A model generated the notes under the pieces. The model ran no database searches and was not told where the DNA came from. It saw only the letters and a program-made list of their open reading frames with translations. Shown one piece after another: positions 35,750-50,326 of a stretch of DNA of 64,000 nucleotides. Source of the stretch: Centroscyllium fabricii (lineage: Eukaryota); contig JBNRSN020000010.1 in NCBI GenBank assembly GCA_051313645.2, positions 47,430,001-47,494,000 on the forward strand, written 5' to 3'. Numbering within the stretch: position 1 is the first letter of the stretch; each line of letters opens with the position of its first letter. The position numbers were made by a program, and so were the translations under genes.

Positions 35750-36602
35750 ATATGGTGAATGGGCAAATGTATGGCAGATGAAGTACAATGTGGATAAATG
35801 TGAGGTTATCCACTTTGGTGGTAAAAATAGAGAGACAGACTATTATCTGAATGGAGACAGATTAGGGAAAGGGGAGGTGCAACGAGACCTGGGCGTCATA
35901 GTACATCAGTCACTGAAGGTGGAAATGCAGGTACAGCAGGCAGTTAAGAAAGCAAATGGCATGTTGGCCTTCATAGCGAGGGGATTTGAGTACAGGAGTA
36001 AGGAGGTGTTGCTACAGTTGTACAGGGCCTTGGTGAGGCCACACTTGGAGCATTGTGTGCAGTTTTGGTCTCCCAACTTGAGGAAGGACATTCTTGCTAT
36101 TGAGGGAGTGCAGCGAAGGTTTACTAGATTGATTCCTGGGATGGCCGGACTGACATATCAAGAAAGACTGGATCAACTGAACTTGTACTCTCTAGAGTTC
36201 AGGAGAATGAGGGGGGATCTCATAGAAACGTTTAAAATACTGACCGGTTTAGACAGGTTAAATGCGAGCAGAATGTTCCCAATGTTGGGAAAGTCCAGAA
36301 CCAGGGGGCACAGGCTAAGAATAAGGGGTAAGCCATTTAGGACCGAGATGAGGAGAAACTTCTTCACCCAGAGAGTGGTGAACCTGTGGAATTCTCTACC
36401 ACAGAAAGCTGTTGAGGCCAGTTCACTAAATATAGTCAAAAGGGAGCTGGATGTAATACTTACAACTAGGGGGATCAAGGGATATGGCAAGAAGGCAGGA
36501 ATGGGATACTGATGTAGCATGTTCAGCCATGAACGTATTGAATGGCGGTGCAGGCTCGAAGGGCCGAATGGTCTACTCCAGCACCTATTTTCTATGTTTC
36601 TA
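35750..36602 (+). mobile_element. CR1 3' fragment
   Basis: ORF 35652-36512 C-terminal CR1 motifs; TTTCTATG tail. Confidence 0.92.
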
Positions 36603-36859
36603 TTGTTGAAAGTCTTTGTTTCTCCTTAAGCTTAAACCTAACTAGTGAGAGGAAAAAAATCTCACCTGCTCTCCACAGTATGAAATTAATTTGCTAAAAA
36701 AAACTTCTGAAAGAGGAATATACCACACTCTAACACATAAGAGTGGTTTTGAAACTCATTTCACGGCAACACTTGAACTTTTAATCTCTCTCACTATAAA
36801 ATAAATGTTCAGTGGTACCTAAACAATGTTTATTTGATCTAGCTATTGTTGAAGTATCA

Positions 36860-37150
36860 GCTGATGAAAGAGAATGAGCATGGATTGTGAAGGATAGGAT
36901 ATATTTGACTAATCTAGTTTACTTTTTTGAGGCGGTCACGAGCATGGTGGATAGGGGATGGTGTCTATATGGACTTCCAGAAGGCATTTGCTCAGGTTTC
37001 TCACAAGAAAATGAGTGCGTATGGAATTGGAGGTAATCTTGTGACGTGAGCTGGTAATTGGTTGGAAGGTAGGAGACAGGATGCAACCTTCTCAAATGCC
37101 TTCTGGAAATCTATATATACAACATCCATAGACATTCCCCCTGCCTGCCT
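36860..37150. mobile_element. Short degraded CR1 RT pieces in opposite orientations
   Basis: DFQKAF coding sequence on + (about 36970) and on - (about 37100). Confidence 0.55.
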
Positions 37151-37979
37151 TGTTAGTGATCTCCTCCTGATTATACAATAACATATCATCTAATTATGCA
37201 GCATATTATACATATATTGTATATTTCTTGATAGTCTGCTAGTGAATAAATCTGGTGCCACTATATTATCAGTTGTGTGATGCCAACACCTTCAAACCCT
37301 AAATTGCAATCATTTTCGATGCCTAACTCAAAAAACAATCAAAAATGAACTTTATGTAAATATGAACCAAAAACTCCACAAAATATAAAGGACAATAAAA
37401 GTCTGGCAATAGGTTTCACAGAACGATTCAATCTTGGGGTGCTGCAGAGGTTCAGAACCATTTTGAGATTCACAATTGCAATTTTTGTCAGAGCTGCTTC
37501 ATTTAGTTACTGCCTCCTAGCTCCCTACTAGCTGTCCAGAATCCTCTCATACAGACAATGTCTGCAGATACTCTTACTGCACACACAGAAAAACACCTTC
37601 AAACCAGGTTCTCTTCACAAGTGGGTTTATTACAACAAAGTCACGAATGGTGCTGTATTATTGGTCTCCTTTTAAATCAGAATGTAGGGATTCACCACCC
37701 AGTCCACTCCCAGCTTCCATTCTGTTAATAACATAAGAAAAAGGAGCAGGAGTAGGCCATATGGCCCCTCGAGCCTGCTCTGCCATTCAATAAGAACATG
37801 GCAATCTTCAACCTCAGCTCTACTTTCACGCCTGATCCCCATATCACTTGATTCCCTCAGACTCCAAAAATCTATCGATTTCAGTCTTGAATATACTCAA
37901 CGACTGAGCATCCACAGCCCTCTGGGGTAAGGAATTCCAAAGATTCACAACCCCTTCAGTGAATAAATTTCTCACCATC

Positions 37980-40900
37980 TGTGGTAACCGTTATTGTACA
38001 TAGTTTTACCACTGCAATATTGTCGCCAATATTGGCTGTATATGTTATCATGTTTACAACACTGTCGTGGAGCCAGGCCAGCCACACTACTAACTCCTCC
38101 CCCAGGTGAGGCCCTTTATAGGTGAGGACTGACCGGGCTCCCTCATTCTGTTCTGGATGTTCGTTCGGAGTATAGCTCCAAAGTTAGTCAATAAAAGCCT
38201 GTAGTTTAAGGTCACTACTCGTCCAGGTCTTTATTGAGAGAATTGACGATACGTCAATTTTATTGACTAAGAAAATTTGAAATGGAGAGCAGTGCGGTAA
38301 AGCCAGAGAAGCTGGACACCAGTCCACAGGACCCAGCCGCCGCCACTACGTTCGAACACTGGTTCGGTCTCCTGGAGGCCTATATGGACGCCGCCAAGGC
38401 TACAACCGACGGGAACAAACTGCAGGTTCTCCGGTCTAGGATCTCCAGCCGAGTATTCTCCCTAATCCGAGACGCCAAAACCTACCCAGTGGCAGTGAAA
38501 AAACTGCGAAAATGCTATGAGCACCCGGTCCACTCGGTCTACGCCAGACATGTGCTCACGACCAGACCACAACTACCGGGTGAGACAAATGAACAATTTG
38601 AGCAAGCACTCCAGGCCCTGGTACGGGTCTGTGGCTGCCAACCACGGACAGCAGAGGAGGAGGCGAATCTCCTCGTCCGTGATGCCTACGTAACAGGCCT
38701 AAGGTGCGTTGAAGCCCGCCAGCGCCTGCTTGAGAAAGACTCTTTGACCTTAGAGGAGGCGATCTCCATATCGAACTCAGTAGAAGGGGCACGCAACAAG
38801 CTGCAGGCGTACAGCGGCACAAACCCGCAGGTCTACGACGTGTGGGCCGCGCCACAACGGGCCCAGGCCTGGGCAGCACCACAACGGGTCGAGACCCCCA
38901 CGATGGCAGCGACAGCCGCAAAGGCAGACAAACGGTGTTACTTCTGCGGTCAGTGACTGCATCCACGAGCGAGATGCCCAGCGAAGACCGCGACCTGCGA
39001 GAGGTGTTCCAAAAAGGGACACTATGCGAAGGCCTGCAGACCAGCACCAGCAGCGCTCATCTCCAGGTACAACAGCGCAGCCTGTGAAAGCTCCGCCAGG
39101 CCTCAGGTAAGCTGCAATAGCAGCGCGATCCAGCGACGGTCCGGCGGTAGAAGAAAAGCGCCCCCATCTCCCACCCTGATGCGGCAAAGGCCGGCTGCAC
39201 CCACGGCACGCCAAGCTCAGCCACGGCCGGCCATGCACGACCCCCCAACGCCAGCAGCAGCACACCCAGCGCGGCCCACTGCGGGCGAACCACGGGCGCC
39301 GCCAACCCAACCACCGTGGCTCACTGCGTGCGAACAACGGGCACCGCCAACCCAGCCACCGCGGCCCGCTGCGTGTGAACCACGGGCGCCGCCAGCGCGC
39401 TCACAGCAGTCAGCTGCGTGCGAACCACGGGCGCCGCCATCTTGTCTCCAGCGGCCCACCGTGTGCGACCCCTCGGCGCCGCCATCTTGTCTCCAGCGGC
39501 CCGCCATGTGCGTCCCCTCGGAGCCGCCATCTTGTCTCCAGCGCCCCGCCATGTGCGAGCCACGGGCGCCGCCATCTTGTGTACAGCCCCAACCAGCAGG
39601 GGGCCCCCACACACAAATGCACACTTCGGCCTCAGCCATACCTAAAGTCGACCAGGCTAGGCCACACACCCTATCGAACTCGATCATGCCGATCAAAATT
39701 AACGGCCATGTTACTAATTGCCTGTTCGACACTGGAAGCACAGAGAGCTTCATCCACCCCGATACAGCGCAGCGCTACGGACTGCAGATCCTGCCCATGC
39801 GCAACCAAATCTCCCTTGCTTCACAGTCCCACACCACGGACGTCACCGGCTACTGCTCCGTCACGCTCACAGTCAAGGGTTGTGTGTACCGTAACTTTAA
39901 GTTGTACACCCTCAAGCAGTTGTGTGCCCCAGCCTTACTAGGTCTGGATTTCCAATGCCACCTCAAGAGCGTGACAATGGAGTTCGGTGGGACCTTTCCC
40001 CACCTCACCGTCAGTAGCCGGGACAGTCCCTTCCCAAAGCGGAGCCCGGCCTGCGGCCTCTCCACACTGAAAATTGACCCCCCCTCACTGTTCGCCAATC
40101 TCGACCCCAACTGCAAGCCTATTGCTACTAAGAGTCGGCGGTATAGTGTGGGGGATCGTACATTTATCAGGTCGGAGGTCGGGCGTATGCTGAAGGAGGG
40201 GATAATTGAAGCCAGCACCAGCCCCTGGCGGGCCCAGGTTGTAGTGGTGAAGACTGGCGAGAAACAGCGGCTGGTTATCGATTACAGCCAGACTATTAAC
40301 CGCTACACCGGGCTCGACGCCTAACCCCTCCCCCGCATCTCGGAAATGGTTAACCAGATCGCCCAATATAAGGTGTTCTCCACGATCGACCTTAAGTCGG
40401 CGTATCACCAACTCCCGATCCGGAAAGCCGACCGTCCGTACACCACCTTCGAGGCGAACGGTCGGCTCTACCACTTCCTCCGGGTCCCCTTCGGCGTGAC
40501 CAACGGAGTGTCAGTGTTCCAACGGGAGATGGACCGTATGGTTGACCAGAACGGGTTGCGGGCCACCTTCCCTTAACTGGACAACGTGACTATCTGCGGC
40601 CATGAACAGCAGGACCATGATGCCAATCTGGCCAAATTCCTTGACACGGCGGAAAAACTGGACCTTACGTATAACAAGGACAAATGTGTCTTTAATACAG
40701 ACCGGCTCACCATCCTCGGATACGTGGTGGAGAATGGGGTCCTCGGCCCCGACCCACAGCGTATGCGCCCCTTACAAGAACTGCCCCTACCTCACAACCC
40801 CAAAGACTTGAGGAGATGCCTAGGATTTTTCTCCTATTACGCACAATGGGTCCCACAGTTCACGGACAAGGCTGGACCACTCCTCAAGGCTGCCGTCTTC

Positions 40901-42857
40901 CCCCTCTCGGTAGAAGCCCAAACGGCATTCGCCCGGATAAAGGAAGACATTATCAAGGCGACCATGCACGCCGTTGATGAATCCATCCCTTTCCAGGTGG
41001 AGAGTGACGCTTCGGACTTTGCCCTTGCCGCCATCCTGAATCAGGCAGGCAGGCCGGCCCGTAACGTTTTTCTCCCGCACCTTACAGGGACCTGAAATTC
41101 GCCACTCTGCAGTGGAAAAGGAGGCCCAGGCCATCGTGGAGGCCGTGCGCTACTGGCATCATTACCTGGCCGGTAAGCATTTTACCCCTCTCACCGACCA
41201 ACGGTCGGTGGTGTTTATGTTTAATAATAAACAAAAGGGTAAGATCAAGAATGATAAGATCCTGCGGTGGCGGATCGAGCTCTCGACTTACGAGTACGAC
41301 ATTCTTTACCGACCAGGTAAACTCAATGAACCCCCGGACGCACTGTCCAGGGGAACGTGCGCCAGTGCCCAGCTAGACCGGCTGAAGGATCTCCACGATC
41401 GCCTCTGTCACCCGGGTGTCACCAGACTCGCCCACTTCGTTAGATCCCGTAGCCTCCCCTACTCCATCACGGAGATCAAGGCTATGACCCGAGAGTGCCC
41501 GGTCTGCGCCGAGTGCAAACCCCAATTTTTCCGGCCAGACACGGCGCACCTCATTAAGGCCACCCGCCCCTTTGAACGTCTAAGCGTGGACTTCAAAGGC
41601 CCTCTCCCCACCACCGACCGCAACTCATACTTCCTCACGGTCGTAGATGAGTTCTCCCGCTTCCCCTTCGCCTTCCCCTGCCCAGATATGACGAGCGCAA
41701 CGGTGATAAAACACTTCACCACGCTGTTCGCCATTTTCAGTCTCCCCAGCTACATTCATAGCGACCGGGGGGTCATCGTTCATGAGCGATGAACTGCGTC
41801 AGTTTCTGCTCCAGAAAGGGGTTGCCTCGAGCAGAACGACCAGTTATAACCCCCGGGGGAACGGCCAGGTAGAAAGGGAGAATGGGATCATCTGGAAGGC
41901 GGTCACCCTGGCTCTGAAGTCCAGAGGCCTTCCAGTGGCCCATTGGCAGGCAGTCCTCCCAGACGCGCTGCATTCGATACGCTCTCTGTTATGTACGGCC
42001 ACTAACGCCACCCCTCATGACTTGATGTTTTCCTTTCCCAGGAAGTTGACTTCGGGGACAGCTCTTCCTCCATGGCTCACGACACCGGGGCCGGTCTTCC
42101 TTAGAAAACATGTCCGTGGCCACAAGACCGACCCCCTGGTGGACAAGGTGCAGCTCCTGCATGTGAATCCCCAATACGCCTACGTGCAGTTCCCGGATGG
42201 GCACGAGGACACCGTCTCCATCAGGGACCTAGCGTCCGCCGGGAGCACCACAGCAGAGCCACTGGTCGGGCAGCAGCCCGCCCAGCCACGTTATTTTGAA
42301 CACCCCCTGCATCTACAGTGGCCTCCGAGGTATCCAGAGCCCCAGCCGTGGCCAGCCCAAGACCACCATTCCGATGGCTCGGATCAACCGATACCACCAG
42401 CATCCGAAGTTTCGGCACCAGCGCCACTGTCACCACCACCGGACTCGAGCGGGACGGACCATAATGAACTTCTGCCAGAGCCCCGGCGGTCCTCCAGACA
42501 GACGCGACCGCCGGACAAACTTATAATGAACTGCTCTGTCCATTCACCCCGCCGGACTTAAATTTTCAAGAAGGGGTGAATGTGGTAACCGTTATTGCAC
42601 ATAGTTTTACCACTGCAATATTGTCGCCAATATTGGCTGTATATGTTATCATGTTTACAACACTGTCGTGGAGCCAGGCCAGCCACACCTCTAACTCCTC
42701 CCCCAGGTGAGGCCCTTTATAGGTGAGGACTGACCGGGCTCCTTCATTCTGTTCTGGATGTTCGTTCGGAGTATAGCTCCAAAGTTAGTCAATAAAAACC
42801 TGTAGTTTAAGGTCACTACTCGTCTAGGTCTTTATTGAGAGAATTGACGATACGTCA
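37980..42857 (+). mobile_element. Ty3/Gypsy Mag-like copy 3, full length, several stops and frameshifts
   Basis: 277-bp LTRs 37980-38256 and 42581-42857 (about 6 differences); TSD CCATC; ORF pieces 38282-42561 with all domains. Confidence 0.96.
39230..39590 (+). repeat. Coding minisatellite of about 42 bp in the Gag-protease linker of copy 3
   Basis: Repeated GCGTGCGAACCACGGGCGCCGCCATCTTGT (ACEPRAPPSC). Confidence 0.85.
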
Positions 42858-44559
42858 CCATCTCAGTCCTAAATGGCCGACCCCTTATCCTGAGTCTATG
42901 CCCCCTAGTTCTAGACTCTCCAGCCCAGGGAAACAGCCGCTCAGCATCTACCCTGTCAATCCCCTTCAGAATCTTTTATGTTTCAACGAGATCACCTCTC
43001 ATTCTTCTAAACTCCAGAGAGTATAGGCTCAATCTACTCAATCTCTCCTCACAGGACAACCCTCTCATCCTGGGGATCAATCTAGTGACCTTCGTTGCAC
43101 CCCCTCTAAGGCTGGTGTCTGTAGATGGACAGCAGATGCCGACCAATCCGGGCACTGAGCTCTCAGAATCTGACCCCTCAAAGACCTTTTGGTCTCCCCT
43201 GCGAAAAGAAGCTGACAAACCGCGCTTGCTGTAAACCAACACAAACCCCTCGAATGTCATAGAAATAGTTGCAAAACAAGCATCTGCCAATCCAGAATCC
43301 AAACTCAGATAGCTTCAAAACATAACAGTTTAGAGAATCTCTGCAGAAAAGATTGCCCCCCACTTATAATTGTTTTTCCCCCAGAAAACCATTGTTGTGT
43401 CACGATATTTATCTAGTTGGCTAATTTGAACTTCCATCTCCCATGCATAACACTTCGAAAATCATTGCATTTCCAACAGCTCAGTTCGTGAACAAATATC
43501 TTCCCAAATTTTATCTATTTTAACATACTACTAAGATGTGGTTAACTGATTCATCAAATTCAGAAGCTACCAGATTAAAGCTCAGTGTTTTAACATAAGT
43601 TCACCAACACTTCAATATTCTTTAAATTTTTGTAAATGGCATGTTTCAATTCAGTGTTCTCTATTGACGTGCACCGACTGAGATGGAACAAAACATTCTT
43701 GCAGCCATACGACTAATCACTTTTAGATGCAATGCTGTATTGTTCTTTTATTAAATGTAAAAGAACAACCCACAGCCTTGAAATCACTTAATGACAATGT
43801 GGGAGTCAGAGCACGAAACAGGCATTTACTTCAGTTATGAATAAAAGGAACCACAAACAGCATCATCTGAATATTTAAACTATGCAAAATTAGCACGAAT
43901 AACAAAGAGCCACACCATGATGTGGCTTTCATATCTTACATTATTAGGGAATATCCATTTTATGATCAGCCCAGTTTGGGTGTGTACATTGGGTTAGATT
44001 TGCACAGATCATAGGTATACTTTCTCTATTGGTACTAAAAATATTACCTGCATTTCTTAAAAGTGAAAACTTATGGTCCATGAAATTATACTTAGGGAAA
44101 AAAAAGAATGAGAGGCTAGTTTAGGCACTGAGAATTAAATCTACCAGGTGAAAGATGATCTAATGTCTGATCCGAACTCTGCTCAGCTTCCAGTCTGAAC
44201 TGCACTGAGTGTGAAGGCATTGGGCTGCATTTTATGAATGGAGACGTGTTGGAGACGGGACTGCTGTTTGCCCAGTTTTAGTGCTGCCTCCATCAGCCTC
44301 TGGCCAACCAGTGGGATCTTCCCTTGATTGACCTTGTTAAGCTCGCCCGGCGGGCTCAGCAGGACAATTAGGGGGAGGTCAGTGACAGAGCACATCAACA
44401 TATGACGTGTCATCTGTCAAGAATGTTTGAAAGAAGAAATGTCATCATTTGACAGCTCTGTGAAGCTGTCAAACACTGACATTCTGTGTAGTTTGATGAC
44501 TCCTTGTGTTCAGGCCTCATCAAACCTTTCTACTTTGCAGAAATCAAATGACTGTTGGA

Positions 44560-45056
44560 TCAGAGAATTCCCCAGACTGATACCTGGTATGGCAGGAATG
44601 ACGTATGAGGTGAGATTGGGTCGATTGGGCTTGTACTCACTGGAGTTTAGAAGAATGAGAGGGGATCTCATTGAAACTTATAAAATTCGAACAGGACTGG
44701 ACAAACTAGATGCAGGAAGGATGTTCCCGATGGCGCGGGGAGTCCGGAAGCAGGGGTCACAGTCTCTAAGGATAAGAGGTAAGCCATTTAGTATAGAGAT
44801 GAGGAGGAATTTCTTCACCCAGAGAGTGGCGAACCTGTGGAATTCTCTACCACAGAAGGCAGTTGAGACCAATTCATTAAATATATTCAAGAAGGAGTTC
44901 GATATATTTCTTAAGGCTAAAGGGATCAAGGGATGTGGGGAGAAAGCAGGGACAGGTAGCTGAATTTGGATGATCAGCTATGATCTCAATGAATGGCGGA
45001 GCAGGCTCGAGGGGCCGAATGGCCTACACCTGCGCCTATCTTCTATGTTTCTATGT
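44560..45056 (+). mobile_element. CR1 3' fragment
   Basis: ORF 44427-44963 C-terminal motifs and tail. Confidence 0.88.
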
Positions 45057-45999
45057 AACAGCCGGTCTGTGATCTCTACAATGAAGATGTAGAGATTCTG
45101 GCTCCACAGCGGTTGAAGGTTGTAGGCAGAAATAAAGGTAAGTTAACATTTTCTAACACTTTACACTCACCTCACATACTTACCACTCCACACTTGCACC
45201 CATCACTCACCTCTACATTCAGACCCCTCCGACCCCCGCAGACCTCCTACTCGGCTCCTACACCCTGGCGGGGTTCCCTCAGATCGGGAAGCCCGCACTT
45301 TGAAATGAAAAATGGGGATAATCTTATTTTCTGCCTGTTAACAGGCAGTTAATAGGCTTTAATCCCTTCCTGCCTCCAAGGAGACAGGACCCGGTGCGGG
45401 ACGGCTTTCCACCTCCTGGAAAGAGGGCACGGAGGTGGGTTGGGGGCGGTTTTGTCACCCGCCCCCCAATTCTGCAGCTTTCCCGGCAGTCCCACCTCCA
45501 TACCTGCCTCCTCAGGGCTGAGAAAATCCAGCCCATTGAGTGGGTCCATGCTTTGGGAAGGGAGATGGAATCATTGGGCAAAAGGTGAGACCACACCTGG
45601 AGGACTGTGTACAGTTTTGGCCTCCTTACCTAAGGAATGATACTCTTGTCTCAGAGGGGGGCACAATGGAGGTTCGTAGATTGATTCTCGGGATGAGGAG
45701 AGATTGAGTAGAATCCGCCTATACTTTCTGGAGTTTAGAAGAATGAGAGGTGATGTCTTCGAAATGTATTCAATTCTTAGAGGGCTTGACAGGGTAGATG
45801 CTGAGAGGCTGTTTCCCCTGGCTGGAGAGTCTAGAACTAGGGGGCATAGTCTTAGGATAAGGGGTCGGCCATTTAGGACTGAGATGAAGAAAAGTTTCTT
45901 CACTCAGAGGGTGGTGAATCTTTGGAATTCTCTACCCCAGAGGGCTGTGGATGCTCATTGAGTATATTTGACTGAGATTGAAAGATTTGTGGACACTAA

Positions 46000-47588
46000 G
46001 GGGTAAAATTTCCCGGAGGTGCGGGGAATTGTTGGGTTTCGGGCGGGTCAGGTTTCTGACCCGAATGTTAAAGGGCCTGGGAGCCCCACGCAATTTTGGC
46101 TCAATTGGCCAATTAATTCTCCATGTGTGGGAACCCCCGGCCAATTGATTGATTTAAGACAGAAAGTGGGCGGGGTTCCCGCTGTGTTACGACCAGAGCC
46201 CATGTATGAAAACTCTTTGTTGTGGTTGTTTCTGTTGATTCAGTGGTTTGTGACATCATAAAGCACTGTAAACATAAGCTAACCACAAGTGGATAATTGA
46301 CAACCCTTTGGGGGAAAAATTGGGTGGCTTGCGCCAGCTGTTAGTGCCCTAAGAGGGGTGCAAGGCACCCAATGCCTGGGCTGGCGCTTCCTATGATATT
46401 TAGCGGGGCGTTGGCAGTGGCAGTTGCCGTTAGCACCCCATGGCGCTGTGCCGCCGGTGATGACATCATCGCCGTGTGCAGCGCCTCACTCGCACCCCGG
46501 TCGCGAACTTCAGTCACGACCCCTGACTTAGCGCCGGACGCCGTCTCCGACAGGGTCAGGGGGGCGCAATTGCAGCCGGGGCTGCGCTATTTAAAGGGGG
46601 GTGCGGGGTGACCATTTTTCTTGCTGACCACCTGCCAGCACCTGCCCCCTCTGCCATCCCTGGCCTTCCCCGATGCCCCCCCACCCCTCCACGGAGAGCT
46701 GGCTGTGCTCTGTGCTGGCTGTGCTCCGTGAGCCCGGAACTTCCCTCGAGTGCCGGGCTCCTTTGCCAGCACTCCGATCCCCGGCGGTCCAGCGGTGCTC
46801 CGGGCCGTGCCACGCTAGGCCACTCCCCTTTAAGAAGGGGAGGGAGGCCTGCAGTACCATGGCGCGGCGTACTGCAGAGCGTGGCGCAGAGACACACAGT
46901 GGCCCGAAATTGAGTTGTTGCGCCCAAGGAATGAGGTGGGGCACTTGCAGTAGCGCCCCACCTCCTACATGGGGTGCTAAAACCCAATTTAAGGCGGAGC
47001 GGCGCTAACTTTTTCAGGGCGCTACTTTCCGAGGTTAGCACCCCAAACAGCGCGCAACCCAATTTTTCCCCCTAAGTAGTTTGTTTCACTGGCAACCTCT
47101 TGACAGCTAGGGAAGGTCTATCTGTCAATCATTAGAAAGCAGATGGAAGGTAAGTTTTTGAAAGGTTTTTTCCCACTGATCTTTCTCAACCTAGGGAGAC
47201 AGTTAGACCTCCAGCATGCTGAAGGCCAGGAAGACATTCTGCTACAGCTGTTTCAATGCCTTGAAGGTGAAAGTCAGCAAACCGAATGTGTCCCCGCTAG
47301 GTTTCACCGGCGGGGTTTCAGTCTAGCGGGTTATGGGTGGGAATCGCTTCAAAATTGCAGGGGGCCTTTAAAATGGCATTATACATGCCAATTAAGGGTC
47401 CCTAATGAGACTAACGACCATCCCTGCCGGTGGGAAAGATTCGGGGTGGGTAGACACGGCGGTGAGAAATCGCAATGTGGCGGGCATCCAGCCGGGTTGG
47501 GGGGGGGGGGGCGGAACCCCCTGGTTTAGCAATTTTGTGGCCCGCCCCACCGAAAAGCCCGCCTCACGGCTCAATGAAAATTTACCCC
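46000..47588. mobile_element. Harbinger MITE (outer)
   Basis: TIR GGGGTAAAATTTC / GAAAATTTACCCC; TSD TAA. Confidence 0.82.
46310..47072. mobile_element. Harbinger MITE (inner, nested)
   Basis: Perfect 15-bp TIR GGGGGAAAAATTGGG; TAGCGCC / TAGCACCC motifs; flanks do not form a clean TSD. Confidence 0.8.
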
Positions 47589-50326
47589 TAAGGGAATCAA
47601 GGAATATGGGGATAGAGTGGGAAGGTGGAGTTGACGTAGTAGATCAGTCATGATCTTATTGAATAGCGGAGCAGGCCTAAGAGGTCGTATAGCCTACTCC
47701 TGCTCTTATTTCTTAGGTTCCTATGTTCTACCTCCTTCTAGCGACTGACAATAAGAGGGGATTGGTGGTTGAATGGCCTCCCTTATGACAGCAGGGGTAT
47801 CTAGCCCAAACTGATAGAAGTACTGACAAAAAATATCTAAATAAAGTGGATGAGTTTACGTTAATGACTGTACTCTTCCTCCCCCACCCTCCAAGCCAAT
47901 TCCCATACTGTTGCCTTACAGAGGGAAAGTGCAAACCATAAATCAAAATACCTCTCGTTTCAAGAGGTCAGATCCCTTCAAATATCTCTCAGCACAATTA
48001 AAAGTAAATACGCTACAGGGACTGCAGCAAACAACAGGAGCACTATGTTGCAATAGGCTGCCATTGGGAACATTTGTGTTTGTCATTAATGGATTTCATT
48101 ATTAATATTTGCAAGTGTTGAGAGCTATACTGCTAAAGAAATAGGTATTAATGAAATATACTGAGTAAACATAGAAGATAGGAGTAGGAGTAGGCCATTC
48201 GGCCCTTCGAGCCTGCTCCGCCATTCAATGCGATCATGGCTGATCATCCAAACTCAGTACCCTGTCCCTGCCTTCTCCCCATATCCCTTGATCCCTCTAG
48301 CCTTAAGAAATACATCCAGCTCCTTCTTGAATATATTCAATGAACTAGCCTCCACCGCCCTCTGTGGTAGAGAATTCCGCAGGTTCACCACTCTCTGGGT
48401 GAAGAAATTCCTCCTCATCTCTGTCCTAAATGAGTTACCCCTTATCCTTAGACTATGACCCCTGGTTCTGGACTCTCCGCTCATCGGGAACATTCTTCCT
48501 GCATCAAGTTTGTCCAGACCAGTTAGAATTTTATACGTTTCGATGAGCTCCCCTCTCAATCTTCTAAACTCCAGAGAGTACAAACCCAGTCAACCCAGTC
48601 TCTCCTCATATGTCAATCCTGCCATCCCAGGTATCAGCCTGGTGAATCTTCTCTGCACTCTCTCCATGGCAAGAACGTCCTTCCTTAGATAAGGAGACCA
48701 AAATTGCACACAGTACTCAAGGTGTGGCATCACCAAGGCCCTGTACAACTGCAGCAAGACCTCCCTGTTCCTGTCCCCGAACCCTTTCGCTATGAAGGCC
48801 AACATACCATTTGCCTTCTTAACCGTCTGCTGCACCTGCATGCTCACCTTCAGTGACTGGTGCACAAGGACACCCAGGTCTCGTTGTACTTCCCCTTCTC
48901 CCAATCTATTGCCATTCATATAATAGTCGGCATTTCTGTTTTTGCCCCCAAAGTGGATAACCTCGCATGTATCCACATTACACTGCATCTGCCACGTCTC
49001 AGCCCACTTGCCCAACCTGTCCAAATCATCCTGGAGCTTCCTGGTATCCTCCTCGCAGCACACACGCCCTCCCAGCTTTGTGTCATCTGCAATCTTGGAG
49101 ACATTACATTTAGTTCCCTTTTCTAAATCATTAATGTATATTGTGAATACCTGGGGTCCAAGGACTGATCCCTGTGGTACCCCACTAGTCACTGCCTGCC
49201 ACTCGAAAAAAGACCCATTTACTCCTACTCTCTGCTTTCTGTCCGGCAACAAATTCTCAATCCAAGTCAATACCTTGCCCCCAATCCAATGTGCCCTAAC
49301 TTTACATGCTAATCTCTTGTGCGGGACCCTGTCGAACGCCTTCTGAAAGTCTAAGTACACCACATCTACTGGTTCTCCCTGATCAATTTTCCCAGTTACA
49401 TCCTCAAAAATTTCCAGTAGATTAGTCAAGCACTATTTACCTTTCGTGAATCCATGTTGACATTGTCCGATCCTGTCACTGTTTTCCAAGTGCTCTGCTA
49501 TTACATCTTTTATAATGGACTCTAACATTTTCCCCACTACTGATGTCAGGCTTACCGGTCTGTAATTCCCCGTTTTCTCTCTACCACCTTTTTTGAATAG
49601 TGGGGTAACATTAGCTACCCTCCAATCCCTGGTTACTGTTTCAGATTCCATTGAATGTTGGAAGATGATCAGCAATGTATCTACTATTTCTAGGGCCACT
49701 TCCTTATGTACCCTAGGATGTAGATTGTCAAGCCCTGGGGATTTATTGGCCTTCAGTCCCATCAATTTCCCGAACACCATTTCCCTACAAATACTGATTT
49801 CTTTCAGTTCCTCCCTTTCATCAGATCTGATGGGGGACAAATTGGTCAGCCAACACTTTGTGGCGCTAACCCGGGTGATGCGCTAAAAATGCTGATATTG
49901 ACCTGCATCGCCCATTATGGGGGGCGGGCGGTGAATCGGGCAGGCTGCCTCGCTCTTGGTGCGAGGCAGCCAAATATCCGTGTGGTAACCGTGTATAACC
50001 ACTGTACATAGTTGCTGGTCTACCTGTATAATATTGTAGGCCAGGTCAGCCACACCCCTAACACCTCCCCTCAGGTCGGAGTATATAGGTGAGTGCAGAC
50101 CTGCCCCCATGCATTCTTCACCTTGACCTCATCAGGAGACCAGCTCCATTCTTAGTTAATAAAAGCCTGTCGTTTAGGTAACTACTCGTCTTTGTATGAT
50201 TAATTGACGATACGTCAATTTTATTAACTAATTTTTAAAACATGGAGAGCAACGCAGTGAGACCGGATCGCCTTGATATAAATCCTCAGGCGCCCGATGC
50301 TGCTAACGATTTTGAACACTGGTTTG

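Larger units (their letters stand above)
37728..43110 (-). mobile_element. CR1 3' fragment split by Gypsy copy 3
   Basis: Tail at about 37730; sequence resumes collinearly after 42857. Confidence 0.85.
45580..47730 (+). mobile_element. CR1 3' fragment split by nested Harbinger MITEs
   Basis: CR1 sequence GGACACTAA|GGGAATCAAGG interrupted at 46000-47588. Confidence 0.8.

Noticed and set aside
43110-43345. Unique sequence with a minus-strand acceptor-like site (CTTTTCTGCAG) as a possible second host exon
   Set aside because: No frame resembles RGS6/7 or another protein I recognise; no convincing donor.
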